Shown: piece by piece, positions 22,169 through 35,650 of the stretch
Layout: each line of letters begins with the position of its first letter
Numbering within the stretch: position 1 is the stretch's first letter
Origin: Somniosus microcephalus
Taxonomy: Eukaryota
Assembly: GCA_052327205.1 (NCBI GenBank)
Contig: CM126211.1
Span: 178,870,001-178,934,000 of the forward strand
Length of the DNA stretch: 64,000 nucleotides
Reading direction: 5' to 3'
Position numbers and translations under genes: made by a program
The notes under the pieces: model-generated
Told to the model about the DNA's origin: nothing
The model's input: only the letters and a program-made list of their open reading frames with translations
The model's database searches: none

Positions 22169-24930
22169 TTGTGTCTTAATGTGAGGAGCATTTCTAATAA
22201 GGTGGATGAATTGGCTGCGCAAATAGAAGTAAACAAATACGATTTGGTTGGGATTACGGAAACGTGGCTCAAGGAAGGCCAGGACTGGGAACTCAACATC
22301 CAGGGGTATTCGATATTCAGGAAAGATAGGCAAAAAGGAAAGGGAGGTGGGGTAGCATTACTGGTTAAAGAAGGGATTAACACAATTGTAAGGAAGGATA
22401 TTAGCTCTGATGAGGTGGAATCTGTATGGGTAGAATTGAGAAATACTAAGGGGAAAAAAACGTTAGTGGGAGTGGTTTATAGACCTCCAAACAGTAATGC
22501 GGAGGTTGGGGATGGCATTAAAAGGGAAATTAAAGAAGCGTGCAATAAGGGCACAGCAGTCATCATGGGTGACTTTAATCTACATATAGATTGGGCCAAC
22601 CAAATTAGTAACAATACTGTGGAGGAGGAATTCCTGGAGTGTTTACGGGATGGTTTCCTGGACCAATATGTCGAGGAACCAACCAGAGATCAGGCCATCT
22701 TAGACTGGGTATTATGTAATGAGAAAGGATTAATTAGCAATCTTGTTGTACGAGGCCCCTTGGGTCGGAGCAATCATAATATGATCGAATTCTTCATTAA
22801 GATGGAGAATGAAGTAGTTGACTCGGAGACTAGGGTCCTCAATTTAAATAAAGGAAACTACGATAGTCTGAGGAGCGAGTTGGGTAGGATTGATTGGGGA
22901 ATGGCACTCAAAGCATTGACGGTGGATAGGCAATGGCAAACATTCAAAGACCGAATGGATGAACTACAGAATTTGTTCATCCCAGTTTGGCATAAAAATA
23001 AAACAAAAAAGGTGACCCAACCGTGGCTAACAAGGGAAATTAGGGATAGCATAAGGTCCAAGGAGAGGGCATATAAATTGGTCAGAAAAAGCAATAATCC
23101 TGAGGATTGGGAGCAGTTTAGGATTCAACAAAGGAGGACAAAGGGATTAATTAAGAAAGGGAAAATAGAATATGAGAGTAAGCTTGCAAGGAACATAAAG
23201 ACTGACTGTAAAAGCTTTTATAGATATGTGAAGAGAAAAAGATTGGTGAAGTCAAGCGTAGGTCCCTTGCAGTCAGAATCGGGGGAATTTATAATGGGGG
23301 ACAAAGAAATGGCAGACCAACTAAATACATATTTTGGTTCTGTCTTCACAAAGGAGGACACAAATAACCTCCTAGAGATGCCGGTGAACATAGGGTCTGA
23401 TGAAAGGGTGGAACTGAAAGAAATCAGTATTTGTAGGGAAATGGTATTAGGAAAATTGATGGGACTGAAGGCCGATAAATCCCCAGGGCCTGATAATCTA
23501 CATCCCAGGGTACTTAGGGAAGTGGCCCTAGAAATAGTAGATGCATTGCTGGTCATCTTCCAGAACTCGATAGACTCTGGAACGGTACCCATGGATTGGC
23601 AGGTAGCTAATGTTACCCCACTATTCAAAAAAGGTGGTAGAGAAAAGGCGGGGGATTATAGACCGGTAAGCTTGACATCGGTAGTGGGGAAAATGCTGGA
23701 GTCCATTATAAAAGATGTAATAGCAGAGCACTTGGAAAGCAGTGACTGGATCGGACAAAGTCAACATGGATTTACAAAAGGTAAATCATGCTTGACTAAT
23801 CTACTGGAATTTTTTGAGGATGTAACTGGTAAAATAGATAAGGGAGAACCAGTGGATGTGGTGTATTTGGACTTTCAGAAGGCTTTCGATAAGGTCCCGC
23901 ATAAGAGATTAGCATGCAAAATTAAGGCACATGGGATTGGGGGCAAGGTATTGACTTGGATAGAGAACTGGTTGACGGACAGAAAGCAAAGAGTTGGAAT
24001 AAACGGGTCGTTTTCCGAGTGGCAGGCAGTGACTAGTGGGGTACCGCAAGGATCGGTCCTAGGACCCCAGCTGTTCACAATATATATTAATGATCTGGAC
24101 GAGGGAATTGGATGTAATATCTCCAAATTTGCAGACGACACAAAGCTGGGTGGGAGGGTATGCTGTGAGTGTCGTGAAACTCCAGTACGATTTGGACAGG
24201 TTGGGTGATTGGGCAGAAACATGGCAAATGCACTATAATGTGGATAAATGTGAGGTTATCCACTTTGGTGTCAAAAACAGGAAGGCAGATTATTATTTGA
24301 ATGGCAATAGATTGGGAGAAGGGGAAGTGCAAAGAGACCTGGGTGTTCTTGTGCACCAGTCGCTGAAGGTAAGCATGCAGGTGCAGCAGGCGGTTAAGAA
24401 GGCAAATGGTATGTTGTCCTTCGTAGCAAGAGGGTTCGAGTACAAGAACAAGGATGTCTTGCTGCAGTTGTACAGGGCCTTGTTGAGACCACATCTTGAG
24501 TATTGTGTGCAGTTTTGGTCGCCTTACCTGAGGAAGGACGTTCTTGCCATGGAAGGAGTGTAGCGAAGATTCACCAGGCTGATACCTGGGATGGCAGGAA
24601 TGACGTACGAGGAGAGATTGTGTTGATTGGGCTTATACTCACTGGAGTTTAGAAGATTGAGAGGGGATCTCATCGAAACCTATAAAATTCTGTCAGGCCT
24701 GGACAGACTAGATGCAGGAAGGATGTTTCTGATGGCTGGGGAGTCCAGAACCAGGGGTCATAGTCTAAGGATAAGGGGTAAGCCATTTAGGACTGAAATG
24801 AGGAGGAATTTCTTCACCCAGAGAGTGGTGAACCTGTGGAATTCTCTGCCAGTTCATTAAGTATATTCAAGAAAGAGTTGGATATATTTGTTAAGGCTAA
24901 AGGGATCAAGGGATATGGGGAGAAGGCAGG
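22169..24930 (+). pseudogene. CR1 ORF2p: APE endonuclease and reverse transcriptase (frameshift near 24170, stop at 24561)
   Basis: [61 protein letters not shown]. Confidence 0.92.
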
Positions 24931-25566
24931 GACAGGGTACTGAATTTGGATGGTCAGCCATAATCTCATTGAATGGCGGAGCAGGCTCGAAGGGCCGAAT
25001 GGCCTACTCCTGCTCCTATCTTCTGTGTTTCTATGTTTCTATGTTAACCTCCAGGACCCTCGCCTCATAAGGAATGAATTTGGGCTAGAAATTCGTGGCC
25101 TTAGCGCCACTCCGTCGTGCCATTAAGTGGCGCTAAAACGGCGGCCATCACTCTTTCACCAGCTGCTGGTGGTTCTTATGGCAGCCGCTGCTTTCGTCCT
25201 TACCTTTGCGCTGCTGGTAACTGGCAGCGCCATGCTGGACAAAATGGCAGCATTGTGACGTAAATCAGTGTGCAATGCTGACATTACATCACAAGCACGA
25301 ACTTCGACCCTAGCTCTGAATTCAGCGCTATGTCCTAAGCACAGCAGGTTAACCTGGCGTGCAAGCAGGCTGACAGTGACGATGTCTGGACCTCTTAAAA
25401 GGGACACACACATCATTCAGGTAAGTTTGAATTTATTGGACTGGGTTTTTTTGATTTTATTGAAGTGGTGGCTTGCTGCAATAGATGTGAAAAGTTTTTT
25501 AAGTGTGTAGGGACTGCTGTTGGATGCATGCAAGGGCTCGGATGGTAAATAAAGGCCTTTGAGAAG

Positions 25567-25680
25567 ACAGAAAATGCTGCGAATACTCAGCAGGTCACGC
25601 AGCATCCGTGGAGAAAAAAAGAGTTCACATCTCAGGTCGACATGCTGCCTGAGCAACTGAGTATTTCCAGCATTTTATGC
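25567..25680. repeat. Short palindromic repeat (MITE-like or Penelope-derived)
   Basis: CAGAAAATGCTG..ACTCAGCAGGTCA / ..CTGAGTATTTCCAGCATTTT inverted arms; a related copy lies at ~30800-30985. Confidence 0.6.
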
Positions 25681-25727
25681 TGTCATTCACATTTACAGCA
25701 TCTGCTTGCAGAGGGAAGAGGAAGACA

Positions 25728-25920
25728 CAGAAGAGGAGGAAGCCGAAGAGGAGGGAGCCAAAGAGGAGGGAGCCAAAGAGGAGGGAGCCAAAGAGGAGGG
25801 AGCCAAAGAGGAGGGAGCCAAAGAGGAGGGAGCCAAAGAGGAGAGAGCCGAAGAGGAGGAAGCCGAAGAGGAGGAAGCCGAAGAGGAGGAAGCCGAAGAG
25901 GAGGAAGCCGAAGAGGGGGA
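25728..25920 (+). repeat. 15-bp purine-rich tandem repeat (GCC[A/G]AAGAGGAGG[G/A]A), about 13 copies
   Basis: Directly visible; encodes EEEGAK/EEEEA in the transposase-tail frame. Confidence 0.9.
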
Positions 25921-27933
25921 ATCAGACGGAAGGATGCATCCCAGACAGCCCCTTTGTGGCCGGGATATCCGGGATGGAATCATCCACCTCCGGTCCCAGT
26001 GACCACAACCCCAATTCCCCTTTCAACATTAGTCCCACACCTTACCTTCCCTCTGTTACTGACCATCACACGTCCTCTTGGCCACGATGCTGAAATGAAA
26101 GGCACCACAAAGAAAACTTTCCAATCCACCTATATACATCTATCCATCCGATGTAACATCAAGAAATCAACTTATCACCCGTATACATTCTCTTAGTGAC
26201 TATCTTGTGTGCGCCTTTACTTATCCTACTGATGTCACGCAGTGCTACCCCAGGGGCTGCAGCGTGTCTGGTGGAAGGCTGCTGACTTTCAGTGGGGGAC
26301 ACTGCAAATGTTCTTGCTGATTGAACTTGAGGAGCTGGTGGCTGGGAGTATCAAATCAATCATCTTCTGTTCTTGTTCTTCTTCACTCTCTTCTTGTTGA
26401 TCCACTGGCTGGGCAGGCTGCATTTCTTGGGTGTGTGAAATGAGGAAAGCACAAGGGTGGAGTTGTGGTGAGGGGAGGGCAGGAAAGCAAGAGGTGCACG
26501 CCAGAAGGAGGGGAACGTAAGAGGATACCAGCATCTTTTACCTTTCAGCCCCATCGCTGGCCAATGGGCTCAGCCATGCCCCTGCCAAGAAAACCTGCAC
26601 CGTCTCCTCCAAGGGGGTGAGGTGAGGGTAGGAATGGGAGGTGTGCCACGTCATTGGTGCAGATTGTTGGTAGGTGAGTGATTGGTGGTCGTGCATTGAG
26701 CAGTGTGTGAGGCTAGTGCTGCAGCTAGTAGGAGACGGCTTTTGAAGACGCATTCACTGACCTTGACCAGTGGTCTGAGGTCATGAAGTTTTTTTGGGCA
26801 CTGGAGCCAGGTGGTGGGGGCGACACTGCTGGCAGTGATGGCCTCGGTGATGTAGTCCCACATTGTTCTTTCTGGAGGGCCTCCTTGCCCTTGTGGGTGG
26901 ATGGCCTGTGCTGCACAAAGCTGGAGTGCTGCATGAGAGACCCTTGGTGCCCTGTCCCTGGCTTGCTGAGCCATTTGTGTTAGTGCTGAGGCAGTTTTCC
27001 CATTTTTTGAGGTTAGGAAGGTAATTTAGCTTTAAGAGCTGAATATTCACATTTGGAACTTCTTTTAAATGTTGAATATTTTTTTAAAAGGCAGATAGGG
27101 CTGAAAAATGTATTGATTCACTTCATTTTATTTTGTATTGCTTCAGTGTGCATGGCCCCTTTAAATCTCAGACCTCTTCATTGCCCACAATTCCCTATAA
27201 GCTCCACAGCTTCGCTCCCAGAGACTGTGGGAAGCTCCAGCCACAACTGCACACAGGCTCCCGGATCCCTCCAGTAACGCCACCAGGACGGCGTTGCACG
27301 GAAGGTGAGCGCTGCGCCATCTATCTCCATGCCCCCCAGACCAATTTCACTCGCTTAGTGTTGCGGCCATTTCCAGTGGCCGTTAAATGCAGTTGCCAGT
27401 GACACCGGCAACTTTGCTGGCGAACATGAATTTTTCCCCTGAAGTGTCATATGTTAGCTAGATACCTTCCTGTCTGCATGCTCTGGCATCTGTTATGTGC
27501 AGCCTTCTGCAAACAGATAGTAAAGATACATATATTGGAATCAGGAATATGTGGGAAGCTGTGTGTCACCCAAGAGCCCAGGCCAACACCCACCTTATGT
27601 AAGCGTGTGAACATGCTGCATTTATATACATTGCGTTGATGTGTGCCACACTTAATGGGCCACAGGGCAAATGCAACAATGCAAAATATGAAAATGCCAG
27701 TACTTTTGGAAATACATGACCAGCTGTTAGAATGCTGTGCATTCACCCTCTGAGATGCTGTATCAATCTTACAGTGAGGCACGGTCGAAATGCATTGTGC
27801 AGTAACATTGTAAAATGAGGCACAAAATGAGCAGTTCTTACCATGGCAATCTTCTGTAGTCAAGTTCCTTTCTTTCTTATCAGCTCCCAGGGACGGTGCC
27901 AACTTAAACATAATTTAATCTTTCAGCTACATT

Positions 27934-30239
27934 GGGATGAATTTTAACCCCGATAAACCGGTGGAATGGGGTCGGGTGAGATGTTAAAATTTACACTTCC
28001 GGAGGCAGGAGAAGGGGCAGGCATCCACCCCACTCCACTCCCAAGAGGTGGGTTGGTCATTTAAATGTTTTAATGAGGCTGGCAGCCTCAGATTTAACCT
28101 GCTTTACAGGTTTAACCCTGGCTGGCCAGGTTTCCCAGGCCTTGGGAAACCCGACAGCTCAAGGGAGACAAGGACAGCTTCGGGGAGAAGGTAAATGCCT
28201 TTGCAGCACTGCTTGTGGGCCATGAGGAGCAGGAGTGCTTCACCCCAGCCCCTCAAGCTTACCTTCTTCCTTTGGATTGGACCTCCCCCCCCACCATACA
28301 AAGACCTCCTCCCCCCCATACAAAGACCTCCCCCCCATACAAAGACCCCCCCTCCCCATACAAAGACCTCCTCCTCCCCCCCATACAAAGACCTCCTCCT
28401 CCCCCCCCATACAAAGACCTCCTCCTCCCCCCCATACAAAGACCTCCTCCTCCTCCCCCCCCATACAAAGACCTCCTCCTCCCCCCCATACAAAGAACTC
28501 CTCCTCCCCCCCATACAAAGACCTCCTCCTCCCCCCCATACAAAGACCTCCTCCTCCCCCCATACAAAGACCTCCTCCTCCCCCCATACAAAGACCTCCT
28601 CCTCCTCCCCCCCATACAAAGACCACCTCCTCCCCCCCATACAAAGACCTCCTCCCCCCCATACAAAGACCTCCTCCTCCCACCCATGCAAAGACCTCCT
28701 CCCCCATACAAAGACCTCCTCCTCCTCCTCCTCCATACAAAGACCTCCTCCCCCCATACAAAGACCTCCTCCTCCCCATACAAAGACCTCCTCCTCCCCA
28801 TACAAAGACCTCCTCCTCCTCCCCCCCATACAAAGACCTCCTCCTCCTCCCCCCCATACAAAGACCTCCTCCTCCCCCCCATACAAAGACCTCCTCCTCC
28901 CCCCCATACAAAGACTTCCTCCTCCTCCCCCCCATACAAAGACTTCCTCCTCCTCCCCCCCATACAAAGACCTCCTCCTCCCCCCATACAAAGACCTCCT
29001 CCTCCCCCCCATACAAAGACCTCCTCCTCCTCCCCCTCCCATACAAAGACCTCCTCCTCCTCCCCCCCATACAAAGGCCTCCTCCTCCTCCATACAAAGG
29101 CCTCCCCCTCCATACAAAGGCCTCCTCCTCCTCCCCCCCCATACAAAGACCTCCTCCTCCTCCCCCCCCCATACAAAGACCTCCTCCTCCCCCCCCAGAC
29201 AAAGACCTCCTCCTCCCCCCATACAAAGACCTCCTCCTCCTCCCCCCCATACAAAGACCTCCTCCTCCTCCCCCCCATACAAAGACCTCCTCCTCCTCCC
29301 CCCCATACAAAGACCTCCTCCTCCCCCCCATACAAAGACCTCCTCCTCCCCCCCATACAAAGACCTCCTCCTCCCCCCCATACAAAGACCTCCTCCTCCT
29401 CCCCCCCATACAAAGACCTCCTCCTCCCCCCATACAAAGACCTCCTCCTCCCCCCCATACAAAGACCTCCTCCTCCTCCCATACAAAGACCTCCTCCTCC
29501 TCCCCCCCATACAAAGGCCTCCTCCTCCTCCATACAAAGGCCTCCCCCTCCATACAAAGGCCTCCTCCTCCTCCCCCCCCATACAAAGACCTCCTCCTCC
29601 TCCTCCTCCCCCCCCAGACAAAGACCTCCTCCTCCCCCCCCAGACAAAGACCTCCTCCTCCCCCCCATACAAAGACCTCCTCCTCCTCCCCCCCATACAA
29701 AGACCTCCTCCTCCTCTCCCCCCCCCACATACAAAGACCTCCTCCTCCTCTCCCCCCCCCACATACAAAGACCTCCTCCTCCTCTCCCCCCCAATACAAA
29801 GACCTCCTCCTCCTCCCCCCCATACAAAGACCTCCTCCTCCTCCCCCCCATACAAAGACCTCCTCCTCTCCCCCCCCCCCATACAAAGTCCTCCTCCTCT
29901 CCCCCCCCCCCATACAAAGTCCTCCTCCTCCCCCATACAAAGTCCTCCTCCTCTTCCCCCCCACATACAAAGACCTCCACCTCTCCCCCCCCCCTCGATC
30001 AAGGACCGGACCGTCAGGGATTGGACCACTCCCGCTAGCAGCTGCAGGCTCCTTACCTTGGGCTGTGGCCAGTTTCAGAGTGGGCCCCGCCCGATTGAAA
30101 GCCAAGTCTGTCAATCAGGCTGACTTCCGGGCGGGGATTCTGCTATTAAAAAAATACGCACGCTGTGGAGATAAAACTCCACCGCATGCAGGGAAACCAA
30201 ACTCGGCTCAGCAAACCCGCCCCTGTCAATATCGGGGCC
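27934..30239. mobile_element. Non-autonomous Harbinger-type element hosting a large minisatellite
   Basis: Ends GGGATGAATTTT / AATATCGGGGCC match the TIR pattern of the other Harbinger-type elements; flanks ATT/CTT. Confidence 0.55.
28285..29995. repeat. Minisatellite, unit CATACAAAGAC(CTC)nC4-9, about 20-32 nt, ~1.7 kb
   Basis: Directly visible; extreme C/G strand asymmetry and no stop codons in any frame. Confidence 0.97.
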
Positions 30240-30249
30240 CTTGATTCAG

Positions 30250-30720
30250 CTCCTCTGGCACTGCTCTTCACCAGGCAGTGCCTGTCAGCCCCCAATAAAA
30301 CCACCTGACTTGGCAGGGTTCCTGCAGTAACATCTCTAAACTTCTTCATTGAATGAAGCAGTCCAGCTTGTTGCCTTTCTACCAAAACCTTTCTATTTGT
30401 TCTCAGGACATGGGCAGTGCTGCCAGCTAGGTCTGGTGCATAGGCCACTACAGCTGGGATGTTGTCTTGTCCCATAGCCTGTGCTGTGTCCAATGTACTT
30501 AGCTACTTTTGAATTCCATATTGAGAGAATCAAACTGACTGGAGATTGGCATCAGTGATGATGGAACCTCAGGAGAACAGAGAGTAGAATTATCCACTTG
30601 ATTCTTTTGGCTGAAAGCACTTGCCTGTTACTTCTTATCTCTTGTGCGGTTCTGTCATAGTTAAGAATGTAGATGTTCATGGGTCCTCCTTCTCCCATTA
30701 GTTGCCTGACCTGCTTCATC
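30250..30720 (-). mobile_element. Decayed CR1-group RT fragment
   Basis: DTAQAMGQDNIPAVV resembles the K-A-x-G-P-D-N-I-P motif of LINE RTs. Confidence 0.5.
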
Positions 30721-30799
30721 TTAACAGCAGAATGATATTTTGAGCATTGCATAATATAAGGCTCCTATCCTTATTAAACAGTGCATCAATTTATGGAAT

Positions 30800-30985
30800 A
30801 AAAACAGAAAATGCTGCAAATATACAGCAGATCAGTCATCATCTGTGAAGTGAAAGAGGTTAAGACGTTTCAGGTGTGTACCCATCATCAGAATTCATAC
30901 ATGCCTAAAACGTCATCATGTCTTTTCCCTTTACAGTTGCTGAGTGCCCTGCTGTGTATTTCTACCATTTTGTAATTTTATTTCA
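30800..30985. repeat. Short palindromic repeat, same family as 25567-25680
   Basis: AAAACAGAAAATGCTGCAAATATACAGCAG.. / ..CTGCTGTGTATTTCTACCATTTTG inverted arms. Confidence 0.55.
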
Positions 30986-32924
30986 GAGTTCCAGTATTTG
31001 CAGTTTTTCCTTTTCGATTTTACTGCATCAGTTTATGGCCCTTGAATATTGAAAAAAGAATAAAAGCATTAGAATTAATTTGATGCCAATCTAAAATCAT
31101 TAATTATTCATCAGTCTGTCACTTTTGACTGGATCGGTGCCTTGATGCAAACTAGAAATCATGTTTGGCTGAGTTTTGTCTATTTTGTGGGGTTTGACAA
31201 ATTCAGAGGTTTGAGACTGAGACAGGGAAGTCCTTCTTCTATGAGCTATTTGAAACTGGGGACAAAAAGCTCCGTTGATTTTAAAAGTGAAAGGCACATT
31301 TGTCTTTGAACTGCTGCAGGTTTTGTGAAAGTCTCTACATTCCAGGTAGCAATTTTGCTTTAATCTGTCACTACACATTGTCACTTTATCTCTATCGCCT
31401 GATTGTTTTCTTAAGATCGTTTATGTTTGATCTGATTTGTGGCTGAGTGATATGTTACAAGATCAGGGTGGTACAAAGTTTGATTCCTTCTCATCTATGC
31501 TCAGTTAGCTGATCTCGGGTGCGGAGACAGTGGGGACAATATAATCAGGGTCTAGGAAAAGGTTCTTCAGGCAATAGATGAGGTCATGTAACAGTCTTGA
31601 TTCTGCTGTAAATATTTTTGGACAAAATTGAATTACCTGTTCCAAAATCCGGTTAGTATTCCTTCTGTTGCACCCTTCACATATTAGTTTAGCTGCATCT
31701 CAAATGAATGGCTGCAGTTGCAATCATTCTTGGCAACTCATCAACAATGGTTAGGAAGTACAAACTGGAGGTAATTCTCTCATCGTGTCTTTTACTGCCA
31801 GAAAGAAAATAATACTGCGGGTATCAATTTTGAACAAATACTTTCACCAATAAGAAAATCTAAATATAGTTCAGTCCTGATATCATTGTCACCATTTGGA
31901 TCGTAAAAGTCAACCAGTCTATTAAATATTAAGCACTATTGTAGACGGATTTTAAACAGCAACTCCCTGCCATATATTTTCACAAACTGAAAAATTTGGA
32001 AACAGTTTAAAAAGATTAATATAGGAAAAGAAATCAGACCTTAGAGACGTGAGTAAATGCTCATTTTTAGCATGCTCACTGCACAGCTTTGTGTCAAGAG
32101 GAAAATTTACCGCTCAGTGGTATTAATCAGGCTAAAATGGATGATGCTAAATTTTGAGAAGTGTAAGTGATACAAGAAGGATAATGAAAATCAATGGGAT
32201 TGAAATTGCAGTCTGTGATATTAGTAATGTGTCTGTATGAAATTTGATTGTTAGTTTAACAAGAGTTAACTCCTCAAACGAATGAATGCCTTAATTAAAA
32301 TAACAGACAGAAAAAATTCATGTGAGTTGTTTGTTACTAACATCGCACAACAGAGTTTCAATTACTTCTCTTCAAAAGGTCATTTATCTTTGCACAGCTG
32401 AAGAAGTCCCACGAGAACGACTTGAATAAGTTCAAATTTCATCTTGAGGCTGGCAGCTGTTGATGCAGCACCATAAATCAGGCAATTGTATCTCAGATAC
32501 AAAACACCTTGTGAAAAGCACCGTCACTTGTCACCATTTGACACTGGCACTATGAAGGACTCACCGGTTACTAAAAGCCTGCCTTCTTGGTTTAACATCT
32601 TTTTAAAATTTGCATCTGTATCAGACCAGTCTCCGAGCACTGTGCTAAGAATATGGCTTTGCAAAAGATCTGCAGCTTGGATCTATAGGATACATTTTGG
32701 GAGGCCCCTCACAACTGGCGGAGCCTACATGGAGGCAGCATGTATCAAAAGTCGTTCGTTCATTTACTTCAATGGATAGAAAATTGTGGGTGGTGCACCC
32801 ATGATTTTCTGCTATGTGCTGGCTGTATGTGAGGCCTCGCAATGTACACCCTAATATCTTTAATGATCTAAAGTTAGTGGCCTAGGAATGTGGCCATGCA
32901 GCACCCATTGTTTGGGCGCTGAAC

Positions 32925-34194
32925 TAGGGTGACCATATGTCTCCGTTTTCCAGGGACAGTCCCCGGATGAGGTACTGTGTCCGCGGGCAAACAAGGTCCC
33001 TGGAAGAGTCCCTGGTTCACAAAACTTGTACCCGAATACCCTAACTTTTAACTTCTCGTGTTGGAATATGGGGTACAACGCACATACACTGTACCATTCC
33101 CCCACACTGATTCCACGTTTCCTGCCCGGGCGCCCCCTGTCAATCACACCCAACGTGAGCTGGTTGGGAGGCCCGCTGTGCGGCGGGCTCGGCAATGTAA
33201 GGGGCTGGTCAATTGGTTAGCGTCCACGTCAATCGAGTGCCGAGGGGTGGGCATGCGCCGCTAGCATGTTCGGCTGTGCTCCCAACCCAGCCTTACTCGA
33301 CAACCAAACCCCCACTTCTTCCCCCCCCCTTTCCTTCGCTACGGGATGTACCAGTTTGAAACGCAGGCGGTCGCGAGCCGATTGGTCGGCGAGATTCTGA
33401 TTTCATCATTTCCTTCCCCCCTCCCCAGCCCCCCACAATTCGAAAATGTCACAATTCGGAAGCCAATTCGTCAGTTGGTGAAAGTTACGCCCAATGATTC
33501 TGTTAATATATGATGTGTTTATATTTTTTTTAACGGTCGGCGACACTCGAGCACAGCGGAGACAAAAGGACAGATGTCCTGTAGCAGTGTAGACAGTTCC
33601 TGAACAACAACAACAACTTATATTGTTATAGCGCCTTTAACCTAGTAAAACGTCCCAAGGTGCTGCACAGGAGCATTAAAAGACAAAAAAATTGACACCA
33701 AGCCACATAAAGATAAATTAGGGCAGGTGACCAAAAGCTTGGTCAAAGAGGTTGGTTTTAAGGAGCGTCTTAAAAGAGGATAGAGAGGCGGAGAGGTTTA
33801 GGCAGGGAATTCCAGAGCTTAGGGTCTAGGCAACAGAAGGCACGGCCACCAATGGTTGATGTATAATCAGGGATTCTCAAGAGGGCAGAATTAGAGGAGC
33901 GCAGATATCTCAGGGGATTGTGGGGCTGAAGGAGATTATAGAGATAGGGAGGGGCGAGGTCATGGAGGGATTTGAAAACAAGGATGAGAATTTTGAAATT
34001 GAGGCGCTGCTTAATGGGGGGCCAATGTAGGTCAGCGAGCACAGGGGTGATGGGTGAACGGGACTTGGTGCGAGTTAGGACATGGGCAGCCGAGTTTTGG
34101 ATCACCTCAAGTTTACGTCAGGTAGAATGTGGGAGGCCAGCCAGGAGTGCGTTGGAATAGTCAAGTCTAGAGGTAACAACGGCATGGATGAGGG

Positions 34195-34226
<32 letters not shown>

Positions 34227-34327
34227 AGCTTCAATAGTGTGATGTCACATCAGTGGTAATCATATGCATACTTGTTTTGCATTTGTAATGTATATGTGCA
34301 ACTGTTAAAATACAGGCTGCTAAAAGT

Positions 34328-34361
<34 letters not shown>

Positions 34362-34431
34362 CATCCTGGTTACTTTGCTGTGCGCCCATCCTGTGTGTCC
34401 CGGATTCAGTTTAGAAAATATGGTCACCCTA
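32925..34431. mobile_element. hAT (Blackjack-like) non-autonomous element
   Basis: TIRs TAGGGTGACCATAT / ATATGGTCACCCTA; degenerate 8-bp TSD CGCTGAAC / TGCTAAGC. Confidence 0.7.
33603..34196 (-). mobile_element. L2 LINE 3' fragment
   Basis: IQNSAAHVLTRTKSRSPITPVLADLHW..LWNSLP with a (GTT)n tail; same family as 794-2146. Confidence 0.88.
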
Positions 34432-34770
34432 TGCTAAGCGGCTTCCTAAGCCTCCTACAAGGAAGCACAGGCTCACTCTGAGCTGTATTGGTAAAGGCCA
34501 TAAAATTGCGTGCAGTCTCGCGCCTGAAACACACTTTAGACCTTGGTATATACAAATATGTTTGAGGTCCCTACTGCCAGATTGGTTTGCCTTCAGGCAG
34601 CTGGTACAGGCGGTACTCACAAAAACCAGGGGCTGCATGTGGCCTAACATGCTTCGACCAACTCGGTAAGATATTAAAATACACTTGCCTGAATGTGGAG
34701 CTGAGAGGAGCACTCCTGCTCCTCCTGGCTCCACATTTAAACCACACTGACTGCTGCTGGTCACTGCATC

Positions 34771-35650
34771 TTCCCTGATCGCCATCACTCCTCCCCCTGA
34801 CCATTGCTACCCCTCCCCGCATCCCTCACCATCCACCGCACCCTTCCCTAATCGCCACCACTCCTCCCCTGACTACCTCCACTACCCCTCCCCGCATCCC
34901 CCACCATCCACCGCTCCCTTCCCTGATCGCCATTACTCCTTCCCCTGACCATCGCCACTACCCCTCCCCGCATCCCTCACCATCCACCGCTCCCTTCCCT
35001 GATCGCCATCACTCCTCCCCCGACTACCTCCACTACCCCTCCCCGCATCCCTCACCATCCACCGCTCCCTTCCCTGATTGCCATCACTCCTCCCCCTGAC
35101 CATCGCCACTACCCCTCCCCGCATCCCTCACCATCCACCGCTCCCTTCCCTGATCGCCATCACTCCTCCCCCGACTACCTCCACTACCCCCTCCCCGCAT
35201 CCCCACCATCCACTGCTCCCTTCCCTGATCGCCATCACTCCTCCCCCTGACCGTTGCTACCCCTCCCCGCAACCCCCACCATCCACAGCTCCCTTCCCTG
35301 ATTACCATCACTCCTCCCCCGAATACCTCCACTACCCCCTCCCCGCATCCCCCACCATCCACCGCTCCCTTCCCTGATCGCCATCACTCCTCCCCCTGAC
35401 CATTGCTACCCCTCCCCGCATCCCCCACCATCCACCGCTCCCTTCCCTGATCGCCATCACTCCTCCCCCTGACTACCTCCACTACCCCCTCCCCGCACCC
35501 CCCACCATCCACAGCTCCCTTCCCTGATCGCCATCACTCCTCCCCCGACTACCTCCACTACCCCCTCCCCGCATCCCCCATCATCCACTGCTCCCTTCCC
35601 TAATCGCCATCACTCCTCCCCCGACTACCTCCACTACCCCCTCCCCCATG
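34771..35650. repeat. Minisatellite, ~75-bp C-rich unit, about 12 copies
   Basis: Repeating TTCCCTGATCGCCATCACTCCTCCCCC..CTACCCCTCCCCGCATCCC..CACCATCCACCGCTCCC. Confidence 0.95.

Larger units (their letters stand above)
20870..25045 (+). mobile_element. Near-full-length CR1 (HER1-like) LINE
   Basis: ORF1 and ORF2 in tandem plus the conserved 3' tail; the 5' boundary is approximate. Confidence 0.92.
25082..27439. mobile_element. Harbinger-type element with convergent transposase C-terminal remnant (+) and Myb/SANT remnant (-)
   Basis: Imperfect TIRs GGGCTAGAAATTC / GAATTTTTCCCC. Plus strand has an acidic tail ending GRDIRDGII, typical of a Harbinger transposase end. Minus strand 26651-26974 reads RDRAPRVS..WDYITEAITASSVAPTTWLQCPKKLHDL. 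Confidence 0.65.

Noticed and set aside
25642-26196. RGG-rich and KRREP-rich ORFs suggesting an RNA-binding or protamine-like protein
   Set aside because: Alternative frames of a 15-bp tandem repeat inside a transposon remnant.
28285-29995. CRISPR-like repeat/spacer appearance
   Set aside because: The 'spacers' are just variable C/CTC runs, not unique sequences; eukaryotic context with no cas genes.
28104-30244. Six overlapping 570-670 aa ORFs resembling extensin or Gly-rich proteins
   Set aside because: Artefact of a stop-free minisatellite. Unit lengths are not multiples of three and all frames give the same peptides.
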